Positions 1 through 11,942 are shown, numbered from the stretch's first letter. The stretch is 64,000 nt of DNA from Octopus bimaculoides (GCF_001194135.2 NC_068981.1:134459182-134523181), one strand, 5' to 3'. Made by a program: numbers and translations. The notes: generated from the sequence alone by a model not told the origin.

Positions 1-660
1 GATACTAGAACTCTTTTAATTTGAGATAATGGCAAAAATGTAGCGATCTTTTGAAATCTCATATTTCAAATAAATAAATTAAAATAAACTTTTAAAATTC
101 AGCAAGGAAGAAATTTATCATCCATTTGTATTTTATCATAACAGTGCATTAAATTAAGACAAATATTATATAACAAATTTGTTGCTTGACCTGACTGATT
201 TAAAATAAAAGAAGTTCCAACTGGAGCCTCTCTGCTTTGTTTTTCAGATATAGTGTCAGGACTACATTACATAATGTGTCCTTTGTTATTTTTTTTTTCT
301 ATGATGGTGATCCAAGGGAACTTTGGTTGCACTTTTTAAGCATGCCAACATTTACAGTTGGTTCCCCAATTTCTTTTCTTTTTTTCAATTTTTTTTCCTA
401 TAACCAGTAAATAGTATAAAACTATTCACATGTTTATTTTTCAAGTTTCCATCAAATTATTTTAACTTGTTTACTCTAGACTAGAAATACTTTACTTTTG
501 ACTTGATTTTTAGTACTTTGCAGTTCACAAATAAGTTTCTTGTTTTGCTACAGAATCACACAGAAATATGGTCAAACTATTTGAACCATCACACATGTTG
601 CCAACCAAAATGAAAATTGTTTGCCTGTAAAAACTGAATCATTACTGCTATAACTTTTAA

Positions 661-875
661 TCCTTTAACATTTAAACTAGCCATGTCCAGCCTAGACATT
701 CTATTTCTTTTATGTTCAAACCAGTTAGATTCAGCCTCTCAATTTCCCAACAATGTCATTCTAAAAGTCATTATTACATCATTGAAATCTCAAAGCTATG
801 AGGTAATATATGATTAAATCAAAATGATGAATAAATAAGCATTACATTTGAAAGAGTAATCTGAATGCTAAAGGG
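661..875. mobile_element. piggyBac-type MITE (family D), about 215 bp
   Basis: TTAA on both sides (657-660, 876-879); TIR (C/T)CCTTTA(A/G)CATT...AATGCTAAAGGG; three more copies in the window. Confidence 0.75.
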
Positions 876-973
876 TTAAAAGTCAGTTGGGATCCAAATT
901 TAGTTTCTGCATTTTTTACAACTAAGTACTGTTATATTTCATATTATTAACTGCTAATACTTAGTAAATTCAT

Positions 974-1350
974 TCATCATCATCATCGTTTAACGTCTGC
1001 TTTCCATGCTAGCATGGGTTGGACGATTTAACTGAGGACTGGTGAACTGGATGGCTGCACCAGGCTCCAATCTGATCTGGCAGANNNNNNNNNNCTGAGG
1101 ACTGGTGAACTGGATGGCTGCACCAGGCTCCAATCTGATCTGGCAGAGTTCCTACAGCTGGATGCCCTTCCTAACAACAACCACTCCAAGAGTGTAGTGG
1201 GTGCTTTTACGTGCTACCGGCCTGAGGGCGAGTCCAGCGGCACTGGCAATGACCTCGCTCGAATGATTTTCTAACGTGCCACCAGCACAAGTGCCAGTAA
1301 GGCAACGCTGGTAACAATCACACTCAAATGGTGTTATTTACAGGCCACTA

Positions 1351-1355
<5 letters not shown>
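974..1355 (-). mobile_element. Short copy of the RTE LINE 3' UTR with (TGA)n tail
   Basis: catcatcatcgtttaacgtctgctttccatgctagcatgggttggacg... matches the 3' end of the RTE at 57672-58270. Confidence 0.85.
1032..1144. other. 53-bp sequence repeated on both sides of a 10-N gap (probable assembly overlap)
   Basis: ctgaggactggtgaactgg...ctggcaga occurs identically before and after N1085-1094. Confidence 0.8.
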
Positions 1356-1431
<76 letters not shown>

Positions 1432-1470
1432 TATAATGTGCATATATGTATATATGTATGTGTATATATA
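1353..1470. repeat. (CA)n/(TA)n compound microsatellite
   Basis: direct inspection. Confidence 0.95.
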
Positions 1471-1732
1471 AATGTCCAACCTATGCCAACATGGAAGATG
1501 AATGTTAAAGGTGATGATGTTCTTAATTATCTTCCTTACGTACCTTGAAGGCTTTTTGACTTATATTTTAGAAGTTTTGTACAATAAAATCTATGGGTAT
1601 ACAAGAAGTTTTATAGAGTTCTATGATAGAAAGATATTTTTTGTTTTGAAATTGACAAGCAACTGAGATTTTGTAAAGTATTTCTGTTTTTTTTTTTCTT
1701 TTTCTTTTTTCTTTTTTTTTTTGTTATTCCAG

Positions 1733-1906
1733 ACTGTCTGAATTACATTGATGGCATCTTTATAATGTCTAAGATGTCAAGATAAAAAACCAGGCTGTTT
1801 CACTTAAAAAATCTTAAGTCTTATATTGCCAAAATATATTTTCAAATATAAACTTAGAAATTGTGTTCACAAATTTTAGTCCTCAGAATGTGGTGTATTA
1901 TGTGAG
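1733..1906 (+). other. Candidate non-coding exon
   Basis: long polypyrimidine tract + ccag acceptor; GAG|GTAAGA donor; all three frames contain stops. Confidence 0.3.
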
Positions 1907-2143
1907 GTAAGATGATAAAACTGCCATGAACCTCATAGAATGTAACTATAAACATTCATGATTAAATTACATTATTATTTTATTGTAAATTCTGTTTGCA
2001 AGTCTAAACTAATTTCTTGTAATTTGTTACTAAAATCATGCAAGAATTCCTTGAGTTTAGATATTGTGTTATTTGATTGTCTTCTCCTTTTGGACTTGGC
2101 ATTTAATACTCTTCTTTCAAAGTGAATTTATAATGTACAACTT

Positions 2144-2552
2144 GGCACAGGTATGGTTTTGTGGTTAAGAAGCTTGCTTCCCAACCATGTGATTTGGGGT
2201 TCAGTCCCGCTGCACAACACCTTGGCCATGTGTCTTCTACTATAGCCCAGGACCAACCAAAACCATGTAAGTGGAATTGGGAGACAGAAAGTGTGTGTGC
2301 GCATGTACATATAGATAGATAGATAGATAGATATCATGTGATGGTTGTAAATGAGCATCGTTGTCATACTAGTGAGGTTGTTTGATCCACCCTTCCTTAA
2401 AAAAATGTTCTAGGAAAGGAAAATGCTACCTTTAAATAGAAACAGATGAGAGTTGGCAACAGGAAGAGCATCCAGCCATAGAAAATCTGCTTCAACAAAT
2501 TCCATGACCCATACCAGAATGGAAAAGTAGACATTAAATGATGATGATAATG
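2144..2552 (+). mobile_element. tRNA-derived SINE, family A with RTE-type tail (A2)
   Basis: head tggttttgtggttaagaagcttgc, B-box-like ggttcagtccc, family A core, ends gacattaaatgatgatgataatga. Confidence 0.8.
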
Positions 2553-2953
2553 AACTTGATGAAAGCCAAATTCTCTGAAGTTTAGGTTGATTATTTCTTT
2601 TCCTCTCATAAAGAGATGTTCTCTTTTCATCAGTCTCTGCTGGCCTGCCAGGGTCATAGACACAGACCCTTGCTTTAGACCAAACTAAAGTTGAGTGTTA
2701 TTTTGAAGCAGAGAAGTTCATGTTCTTATCGACTTTCAATAATATAATTTTCTTTCAAATGTATTAATATTTGATTTTCAGTTTAGCATTTTAGAAATTT
2801 GTTTCTTTGAAAGAAAGTTTCACTTTGGATAAATAGCAAATAGATCTACAACATATGATTATTTACATAATCTAAGATGGCATCCTTGAAATTAGTTGCT
2901 ATTGTAACTATTGAATCTAGTGATAGATCAATGCAGAAGATTCACTATTTCAG

Positions 2954-3046
2954 GTAGACTTGGATTTTGACTTAGAAAAGGTAGAAAATGAAGTAAAGTT
3001 ATCAGGTCACACTGACATTCAGATTTACACTTCGGCTGCTTTCCTT
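2954..3046 (+). CDS. Candidate internal coding exon, VDLDFDLEKVENEVKLSGHTDIQIYTSAAFL (unidentified)
   Basis: tttcag acceptor, 93 nt open in phase 0, GTGAGA donor; unique sequence; no family recognised. Confidence 0.3.
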
Positions 3047-3618
3047 GTGAGATATAATTAAAGAATTTCTCTTTTAATCTTTGAGATTAGACTTATTTCC
3101 TATATGAAGCATAAAGACTTCTATATGATTAAATTTATTTTGTTTCATTTAGCAGTTTCCTTAATGAACTCATTCAATTATTAACAGCATTATTTTAAAT
3201 TATATTACTGAGAGAAGAATATCTTACAATTTGTTGTTTTTTTATAAATTTTTGTTTGGTTCATTTTACACTTCAGCTATTATTTCATTCGTACAGAAGT
3301 AATTAAATTTTCAATTTTGTACTAAGTTCTGTTATCCAAAGAAATACTGTTTCTAAATGATTCTGTTTTTATCATTGTTACAAATGTCCCTCCATTTATG
3401 CTTCCCTGGTTCCTTGTTACATTTTATTTGCTACGTTATAAGATTTTTGTTTTGTTTTGTTTCTAAATTAATGATAAAATTGACTTGCAAAATTTTAAAG
3501 AAACTTAAGAAACACAACAAATAGAATTTGTGTATACACTTACATACTGCATGCTTACATGATTAAATTTTTATCAATAATATTGTATCATATTGTTAAT
3601 ATTAATTCCACTTATTTC

Positions 3619-3619
3619 A

Positions 3620-3708
<89 letters not shown>
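3619..3708. repeat. (TCTA)n followed by (TA)n microsatellite
   Basis: direct inspection. Confidence 0.95.
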
Positions 3709-3709
<1 letters not shown>

Positions 3710-4276
3710 CCTCCTCCTCCATGACCCATTCCTATTTTCCATACATTTCCTCAAATTGAGACCCACCATTCCCTACTCCTTCATCCATGTTTACCATTCA
3801 CTGCTTTCACTTCTGTCTTCGTCTCTACTGTCTGTCACTCACCTTTCACACTCTCACAAACTTATCTACCCATTCAGCCAGCCATATTCAATTCCTTGCC
3901 CCCCCCCCTCTCTCTCTTTCTCTCCAGCCTCCTTCTCATACCTTGAGGGTATACCATGACACTTTATCCCCACCATGCTTTTTTCCTTTCCTGATTGGGT
4001 GAACATGTATCTCATCTACAACAAGGCACTGTTCCTTTCTCTCTTTCCTCTCTATATGACACAAAGCCACCTCTGTCAATATTGCACCCTATGGCACTTC
4101 ATAGGGGATAGTCAGTTAAAAAGTAGATAAAAAGTCTATGTGACAGGTTTTAACCATTCTTGAATACCAGGAATGGCTCTGCCATGATGTAGGTGTTTCA
4201 GTTTCAACACACTCTCAGATTAATTTAATTACCAGACAATTACAACTCTGAAATATATGGCCCCATGTAAAGATTC

Positions 4277-4427
4277 AGGTATGGCTGTGTGGTTACAAAG
4301 TTTACTTCACAACCATGTGAGTCTAGGGTCAGTCCCAATGCACAGCAGTTTGGGCACAGGTTTTCTAATATAACCTTGGGCTGACTAGTGCTTTATGAGT
4401 GGGATTGGTTGAAGGAAACTGAAAAGA
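4277..4427 (+). mobile_element. SINE family A head and core
   Basis: ggtatggctgtgtggttacaaag...ggaaactgaaaaga. Confidence 0.75.
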
Positions 4428-4509
4428 TACCTGTTGTTTATACATGTCACTGCACTCATTAAAACTGAGTGTTTTTGTTTACAATTTCCAGTCAGTAAAG
4501 ATCTTGTAG

Positions 4510-4569
4510 TTCCACTTTTCAGTGTGTGAGTACCAATTGACTGAAAACAATGCTTTACTTGCAGAACAG
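4510..4569 (+). CDS. Candidate coding exon, FHFSVCEYQLTENNALLAEQ (alternative acceptor at 4523)
   Basis: CAG|GTAAGG donor; open frame from either acceptor. Confidence 0.25.
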
Positions 4570-5010
4570 GTAAGGGTTTTTGACAGGAAAAGCATACAAT
4601 AGACAACCTACATCAATAAGGCAGATGCCCTTTCTCTTGCCAACCATCACTTGTTTCCTGTTGCCAACTGTCATCTGATTCCAGCCACAGAAAATTCTGC
4701 CTTAACAAGTCTCATCTGTCCAAGCTAACAGGGGAAAGTGGCCATTGAATAAATGACAATGAAAAATAGTATATCTTGTGTGTGCATTTAGATGTACAAC
4801 TGCTACTGTTGAGTTTAAAAACTTGTTTGTTATACATTTTCCCTTCAGAATAGTTATTATTACTATGATCATTGATTTGCTGTTTTTCATTGTTCATTCT
4901 CTTCACATAAAAGAAAGTCGTCTCAGTTTCTTTTTCCTTAATTATCCTTCTTACTTCAGTGCAGTCGTCTTGCATTCTCTCCTACATCTCTAAATTATTA
5001 TTATTATTAT

Positions 5011-5480
5011 TTTTCAGTAGTTCTATTTTTATAACGGGCTTTCACTTCACTACCGACTGCAGCTCTGTGTGCCTTGGGTATGTGCGTGGTTTGCTGTGAT
5101 GCTCTTATGGTTACTGTATTGAAAGTGTTTTGCGTAGGATGTGTGCAGTGCCCAGTAGTGCAATTTTCTGTATGTTATATATATTTGTAAGTCCTAGTGT
5201 TTTTGTTATGTATTTGTCTGAATATTTTTTTATTATATCTAAGGCACCTACTGTGATAGGAATTGTTTCTGTTTTTAGATTCCACATTCGAGTTACCTCT
5301 ATTTCCAGGTCTTTGTATTTTGAAAGTTTTTCCATTTCTTTTAGGGAAACGTCATCTGCTAGTATTGATACATCGATTAGAAAGCATTTTTTTCCTTCAT
5401 GATCTTTGACAACTATATCTGGTCTATTGACCTTAATTTCTTTATCTGTGTATTTTGGCATATCCCAGAGTATGGTTGCT
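5011..5480 (-). mobile_element. R4/Dong-like non-LTR retrotransposon, 5'-truncated 3' end, copy 1, in a (TAA)n tract
   Basis: encodes NRPDIVVKD...CFLIDVS...KYKDLEIE (PD-D-K restriction-like endonuclease); (ATT)n on both sides. Confidence 0.9.
5111..5461 (-). CDS. 116-aa ORF: restriction-like endonuclease domain of an R4/Dong-like LINE
   Basis: ORF track MPKYTDKEIKVNRPDIVVKD...RKTLSIQ, open to the native stop. Confidence 0.75.
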   Translation of the reverse strand: MPKYTDKEIKVNRPDIVVKDHEGKKCFLIDVSILADDVSLKEMEKLSKYKDLEIEVTRMWNLKTETIPITVGALDIIKKYSDKYITKTLGLTNIYNIQKIALLGTAHILRKTLSIQ

Positions 5481-5710
5481 TATTATTATTATTATTATTA
5501 TTATTTTACTGCTCATGTAATCTTTGATGCCTTGATTTGAAAACTAAAGACCAACCAAACTAAATTTATCCTTCAAGCATACTATATATTCAGTATAAAT
5601 CAAACTAAGCACTCCTTTTCCACATATGATACAGAAGTAAAATCATTATGCATTATACATGAGTGATATTTTTCCTGGGATTTCATTGCTTATAATTACT
5701 GATGCATGTT

Positions 5711-5754
5711 ATGCACAAGTATGTAATATGCACAAGTATGTAATATGCACAAAT
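5711..5754. repeat. 17-bp tandem repeat (atgcacaagtatgtaat), about 2.6 copies
   Basis: direct inspection. Confidence 0.9.
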
Positions 5755-5972
5755 AAATATGCTAATTCTAGTTACAATTGAGCAGAAAGACTCCATTCTT
5801 TCTCATCTAAATTTCAGAACTATAAAAACAGCAATTTTATTAAGATATTAATCCGGAGATTTCTTTAGAAGGAATTGTTTTTGAAAGAGGAATATATAAA
5901 CCTTCTGAGTCTGTTAGGCTGTTGCATCTGAGAGTTTAATGTACTTTTCTAACAATCTCTAAATTTACTTAA

Positions 5973-6182
5973 CAGTTTAGCATTTAATCCAGCCCAAATA
6001 TTTTACATGTTTTATGTTAAAACTGAGCTGTGCCAACCTCTCACACCTGCCCTACAATGTCATTCTCAAAATATACAAACACACCATTGAACCCTTGAAG
6101 CTACAAAAGAATGTATGATTAATTCAAAACAATATGAATAAATAAGCATTATATTCAACAAATAAATCTGAATGCTAAAGGG
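5973..6182. mobile_element. piggyBac-type MITE (family D)
   Basis: TTAA flanks; ends gaatgctaaaggg|ttaa; similar to 661-875. Confidence 0.75.
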
Positions 6183-6337
6183 TTAAAGTTTGCTACTAAT
6201 TAGCATTAGGTTCTCTTTGGCAAAACATGTTTTGTTGTTATAAGTTTAAATTAGGGACACAAGTTGTATGATGTATAATGGTGCTACTACATAGTCAGTC
6301 AATCTACTAGGAATATCGACCAAATATTCCTTTAATT

Positions 6338-6670
6338 GCATAGCTCAGTGGCTGGAGTATCAAGCTCACAATCATGAGGTAGTGAGTTCAGTTCCTGGAC
6401 TTGACTGTGTGTTGTGTTCTTGAGCAAGTCACTTTATTTCACATTGTTCCAGTTCACTTAGCTGTAGAAATGAATTGTGATGTCACTGGTAGCAAACTGT
6501 ATTGGCCTTTGCCTTTCCCTTGTATAACATCCGATGGTATGGAGAGGGGTGACTGGTATGCATGGGTGACCTGCTGATCTTCCACAAACAATCTTGCCCA
6601 GATTTATGCCTTGGAGGGTAACTTTCTAGGTGCAATCCCATGGTCATTTGTGACTGAAGTGGGGTCTTTA
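6338..6670 (+). mobile_element. tRNA-derived SINE family C
   Basis: A-box gcatagctcagtgg, ctcacaa loop, B-box gttcagttcc, core gtgttcttgagcaagtcacttta...cacttagctgtagaaatg. Confidence 0.8.
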
Positions 6671-7180
6671 TCTCTATCCTTTTATCCTTTCAATTACAAC
6701 TTGTCTTAAGAAAATAAAATGACATTAACTAATATAATCATAGAAAATAGATAGTCATGGCTAGGAATGGTTTTGATTCTACAGGGTTTCCACAAAGTCT
6801 GGATACTTTAAGAAATTGTTATTTCTTATATTTAATTGTTTATGTTAGGATTTTATTTACTCCATGTACCCAGTCTTTGTGTACACCCTGTAGATCTGCC
6901 TAATCAGAGATGACCTGGATGCTATACAGCCATAATGATACACTCCTCATCCAATCCAACTAAAAGTAATTATATTTTCTCTAGATTAAATTATTAGTGT
7001 CAAGATGTATATCAGATTATGAATTCTGAATATTTCATCTTTGTATTTGGTTTGCAAGATTTTTGATGTGAATTTGTGTTAAAGCAGATTTGGCTGCATC
7101 TTGGAAAGGTCATTATACAAAAATAAAAATGTGCACTGGCTCTATTTCACTTCTTTTATTGATATTAGTCAATTACTTAA

Positions 7181-7395
7181 AGCAGCAGCAAGCTAGCATA
7201 ATTGCTAGCATGCCAGGCAAAATGATTAGTGACATCTCATCCATCTTTATGTTCTGAGTTCAAATTCCACCATAGTTGAGTTTTTCTTCCATCCTTTTGG
7301 GGCCAATAAAGGAAGTAGCAGTTGACCACTGGGCTCGATGTAATTAACTTATCCACTTCCCTGAAATTGCTGGCCTTGTGCTACAATTTAAAAAT
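7181..7395 (+). mobile_element. tRNA-derived SINE family B
   Basis: gcaagctagcata...ttctgagttcaaattcc...gcctt; matches the young copy at 19572-19800. Confidence 0.75.
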
Positions 7396-7989
7396 TGTTA
7401 GTCAATTAGTTAATATTTAACTAATTAATACATTGACTGCTTGATTGATTGTTTGGTCAATTAATCAGCTACATTTGTCTAAGTCCTTTTGTCACCAATC
7501 GTGACTTCACCAGTGATATGCTCTCTCTCCTACAGGTCTGCAAAAAGTCTTCTGAAAGAACTACACAATAATTCCTGAGATAGACTCAGTTTTTTAAATT
7601 ATCCATCTCACTGGATCCACATAAAAAACACAAGAGCCAAAAATCAAGTTTGATATTTTTTCTTTAAATTTTACATTATAAAAGTTTCAAAACTCACAAT
7701 ATGCATAAATATTGCAACTTGTTAGGTTGGAGATCAAAAATCTTGCAAAATCAGAATAAAGTACTTCTATCTATTCAGCCAGTAATCTATATATTATTAA
7801 ATCAATAATAGAAATTGATATTCGAAGCTTAAAAATAAGATGTGAAATCAGAGATTTAGGATGAATATTGTTAACACTCAAGGTGTATTTCATGGTGATG
7901 AATGTCTCTGATAATGTTATCGTAGAGAGTTTGTGGAGAGTATTTTTCTACTGCTGGCTTTAGAAAAAAAAATTTGGTGTCTATGGAAC

Positions 7990-8144
7990 TGTGTATGTAT
8001 GTATGGATGGGGGGGTGGATGTATATATATGTGTGTGTGTGTGTATATATATGTGTGTGTGTATATGTATATATATGCATATATATATATATGTATATAT
8101 ATATGTATATATGCATATGTATATATGTATATATATATATATGC

Positions 8145-8184
<40 letters not shown>

Positions 8185-8255
8185 GTGTGTGTATGTATAT
8201 ATGTATATTATATATATATATGTGTTTANNNNNNNNNNGCATATGTATATATATG

Positions 8256-8294
<39 letters not shown>

Positions 8295-8490
8295 GTGTGT
8301 GTATGTATATATGTATATTATATATATATATGTGTTTATGTATGTGTATTTGTATATATATATACATGTGTGTGTATGTATATATGTATATTATATATAT
8401 ATATGTGTTTATGTATGTGTATTTGTATATATATATATATATGTGTGTGCGTGTGTGTGTGCATATATAATATCTATGTATATATAAAAC
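7990..8490. repeat. Complex (TA)/(TG) microsatellite with a higher-order unit of roughly 70-80 bp, spanning a 10-N gap
   Basis: acacatgtgtgtgtatgtatatatgtatattatata repeated three times; N8229-8238. Confidence 0.9.
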
Positions 8491-9252
8491 AAAGTTGCCA
8501 ATAAATATTGGAGAGAGAGAAACTTGGAACTAATTCAAATATATATGTTTTGCTGAAATTATAACAGTTAATCTTAGTTAAGATGAGTGTTTTTATACTT
8601 GGTAGTAATGTGAGTAGAAGGAAATCTGGATCTAGGTAAATATGACCTGTCTATGAAAGTAACAATAAGTGATAAGACAGAATCAGTGGGGGAGGGGGGA
8701 AGGGAGGTAAAAGGGAGAACAAGATAATAGTGAAAGCAAGTGAAACAGTTATATATCATGTATAACATAAGCTGACTTGGCTTGGTTACGGCAAATGTTA
8801 AATTAATATACACTCACACATATCTGTTTATGTATGTATGAATGTATGGGGGGGGGGTATGTGTGTAGAAAGGCAAAACACCAAAATTTAGAATATTTTT
8901 TTTTAATCATAATCATCATTGTCTTCAGCATCATCTTCCTACGTTTTCAGTTCTTTCATACTAGTTTATCAGTATGCCACCTTGTGCACTTCAGTGTTTC
9001 TAGATATGTGTGCTATTGTTCTTTCTAAAGACTGTGAAAGTGCTTGTTGATACCTTGATGCTTTCTGGAGAAAATTTGCTGTATTTGGTTTGTTATTTCT
9101 TACATTATTTTATTGTTAATCTTATTTGTTGAAGCTCATTTTGCAACCAAATGCTTTCATTTCAGTCTCACTATTTTTACACCTTGGACAAGTGTCTTCC
9201 AATGCTTTGTAAGTTAATTTGGTAGGTGGAAACTGTGTTGAAGCCTGTCAAA

Positions 9253-9318
<66 letters not shown>
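9253..9318. repeat. (ATT)n microsatellite
   Basis: direct inspection. Confidence 0.95.
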
Positions 9319-9805
9319 GTTCAGTAGTTTTATTTTTATAACGTGCTTTCACTTCACTACTGAGCACAGCTCTGTGTGCCTTGGGTATGTGCTGTGGTTT
9401 GCTGTGATGCTCTTATGGTTACTGTATTGAAAGTGTTTTGCGTAGGATGTGTGCAGTGCCCAGTAGTGCAACTTTTTGTATGTTATATATATTTGTAAGT
9501 CCTAGTGTTTTTGTTATGTATTTGTCTGAATATTTTTTTTATTATACCTACTATTATTCCTACTATGATAGGAATTGTTTCTGTTTTTAGATTCCACATT
9601 CGAGTTACCTCTATTTCCAGGTCTTTGTATTTTGAAAATTTCTCCATTTCTTTTCGGGAAACATTGTCATCTGCTGGTATTGATACATCAATTAGAAAGC
9701 ATTTTTTTCCTTCATGATCTTTGACAACTATATCTGGTCTATTGGCCTTAATTTCTATATCTGTGTGTATTAGCATATCCCAGAGTATGGTTGCTTTCTC
9801 GTTTG
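9319..9805 (-). mobile_element. R4/Dong-like non-LTR retrotransposon 3' end, copy 2
   Basis: ORF 9483-9776 KANRPDIVVKDHEGKKCFLIDVSIPADD; highly similar to 5011-5480; local IVG duplication and frameshift; (ATT)n flanks. Confidence 0.9.
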
Positions 9806-9849
9806 TTATTATTATTATTTTGGTTTGGCTCAGGTTCGGTCTTATTTAC

Positions 9850-9987
9850 ATCTGTCAAGTATCATTCACTAAGCTTTGGTCAATATAAAGCAATATGAAT
9901 GTATTGCCCAATGTGTCATGCAGTAGAATTGAACTTGAAATGTCATGTTTGCAAAGCAAACTTTGTAACCACATAACCATACTTGCA
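9850..9987 (-). mobile_element. SINE family A head (degraded)
   Basis: ends aaccacataaccatacttgc, the reverse complement of the family A head. Confidence 0.6.
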
Positions 9988-10381
9988 TATATTGATTAAA
10001 TTGATATCTAGAATTTATGTTTATCTCACCAGTCACCAGTAAAAAAAATGGTGATCAAGCTTAGATTTTGCCAAATCATTATAGCATCTGATGGTTGCTA
10101 AGTAGAGTATTTCTTTCTTTCTTTCTTTCTTCATGGATGACGAGTTCATGTTGACAATATCGCCTGTTTGTCTATTCTCTATCTATATTTACTATTGCCA
10201 ACTTAGAATTACTATTCCTTCTGAGCAAACTTTACTTTGTAAGGGTTTTATTTTCCATTGATTTACTTCAAACATTGATAAAATACAGATCTTATGATAG
10301 TAAATAAGACTAAAGAGTTATCTGCATTCCTTTATTCACCCTGTTGTTTGTTTTCTATTTTGGGTGTATATTAAAAAATAT

Positions 10382-10538
10382 AGGCATGGCTGTGTAGTAA
10401 GAAGCTTGCTTTCCAACCACATGGTTCTTGGTTCAGTCTTACTGCGTGGCACCTTGGGCAAGTGTCTTCTACTGTAGCCTTGGGCTAACCAAAGCCTTGT
10501 CGGTGGATTTGGTAGACGGAAACTGAAAGAAGCCCGTC
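10382..10538 (+). mobile_element. SINE family A head and core
   Basis: ggcatggctgtgtagtaagaagcttgc...gacggaaactgaaagaagcccgtc. Confidence 0.85.
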
Positions 10539-10569
10539 ATGTATGTGTATATATATATATGTGTTTGTG

Positions 10570-10880
10570 CCTTGTTTCAGTCATTAGACTATGGCCATGC
10601 TGGGACACTACTTTCAAGGGTTTAATCAACAACTCAATCCCAGTACTTATTTTAAAATCTGGTACTTATTCAATCAGTCTCTTTTGCTAAACTGATAAGT
10701 TACAGGGATGTTAACACACCAACACCATTGTCAAGCAATGGTGAGGTTCACATACACACATTTATATGATAGGCTTCGTCACAGTTTTCACTCACAAGGT
10801 ATTGGTCTATAATGGAGTACATTTGCCCAAGATACTGTACAGTAAGACTGAACCCAAAACCATGTGGTTGCAAAACATTT
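10570..10880 (-). mobile_element. SINE family A1, inverted relative to its neighbour
   Basis: reverse complement of the A1 body and tail (tgtttcagtcattagactatggccatgctgg) and partial head. Confidence 0.65.
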
Positions 10881-11080
10881 ATTTTATAACTTCTCTACTC
10901 ATCCTCTCATTTTGGGGCAACTTTGTTTTGTTAATCTCCACAGATTTCCAACTCTTTTGTTTCTTGGGGATCTTTTATTGTACGTATGAACATGTCAATG
11001 ATATCAAATAAAAAAAGATGTTTGAAAAATTGCTAGGAAATTGGAAAGAATGCTTTGCAATATTCTACCTGGCTTTTAAC

Positions 11081-11238
11081 AGGAGTGGCTCTGTGGTGAG
11101 CAGCTTACTTCCTAATCACATGGTTATGGGTTCAGTCCCACTGCATGGTAACTTGGGCAAGTGTCTTCTACTATAGTCTCAGGCTGACCAAAGTCTTATA
11201 AGTGGATTTGGTAGATGGAAACTGAAAGAAGCCTGTTG
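11081..11238 (+). mobile_element. SINE family A head and core
   Basis: ggagtggctctgtggtgagcagcttac...ggaaactgaaagaagcc. Confidence 0.8.
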
Positions 11239-11277
<39 letters not shown>

Positions 11278-11433
11278 ATGTGTGTGTGTGTGTTTGTGTG
11301 TATGTGTTTGTCACCCACCACATATATATATATGTAATAGGTGCTTTTACGTGCCACCGGCATGGGTGCCATTTGCGTGACACTGGTATCTTCCATGATT
11401 GCGATTTTGCTCACCTTGATGGGTTTTCATATA

Positions 11434-11889
11434 ATATACTAAAAATGGGGAAGGCCAGTTTATGGGATTACCTTTGGTTTCCCGTTCATAAAGGGTTTAG
11501 CTTTATGGCATATCGTCAGATACCAAAGCCTGTTGGCCCAAGACCTCTTAAGAATTTGATCCATTTCGTTCCCTGGCCAGAGTGTTTTACAGAAACCACA
11601 TGGTTTATGTTAAATAGCTGACCAGTAAGCTGTGCTTATACATATTTACAGAAACCACAGGTCTCTCATAAATATGGAATGTTTTGACCTCTAAAAAAAA
11701 AAAAAATTTCCTCCTCCGTATTCTTAAGAGGTCTTGGGCCAACAGGTTTGGAGGTCTGACAGTATGCCATAAAAGTAAACCCTTTATGGATGAGAAACCT
11801 AAGGTAATCCCATAAACCAGCCTTCACCATTTTTAATATATATTGCACTATATCTTAGTATGTACTTCTTTTGGATTTATGTTTTTTAC

Positions 11890-11893
<4 letters not shown>
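11434..11893. mobile_element. Foldback element with inverted arms of about 120 bp
   Basis: 11434-11554 is the reverse complement of 11721-11841; right end abuts (TA)n; related copy at 25622-25868. Confidence 0.8.

Positions 11894-11942
<49 letters not shown>

Noticed and set aside
7871-8504. Several ORFs of 120-180 aa in the track (YIYI/VCVC-rich)
   Set aside because: Translations of (TA)n/(TG)n microsatellite, some running through Ns; the same applies at 3559, 26106, 36837 and 63043-63618.
11268-11848. Two similar ORFs on opposite strands (LWDYL...KGF.FMAY...PVGPRPLKN)
   Set aside because: They are the two arms of the foldback element, not paralogous genes.
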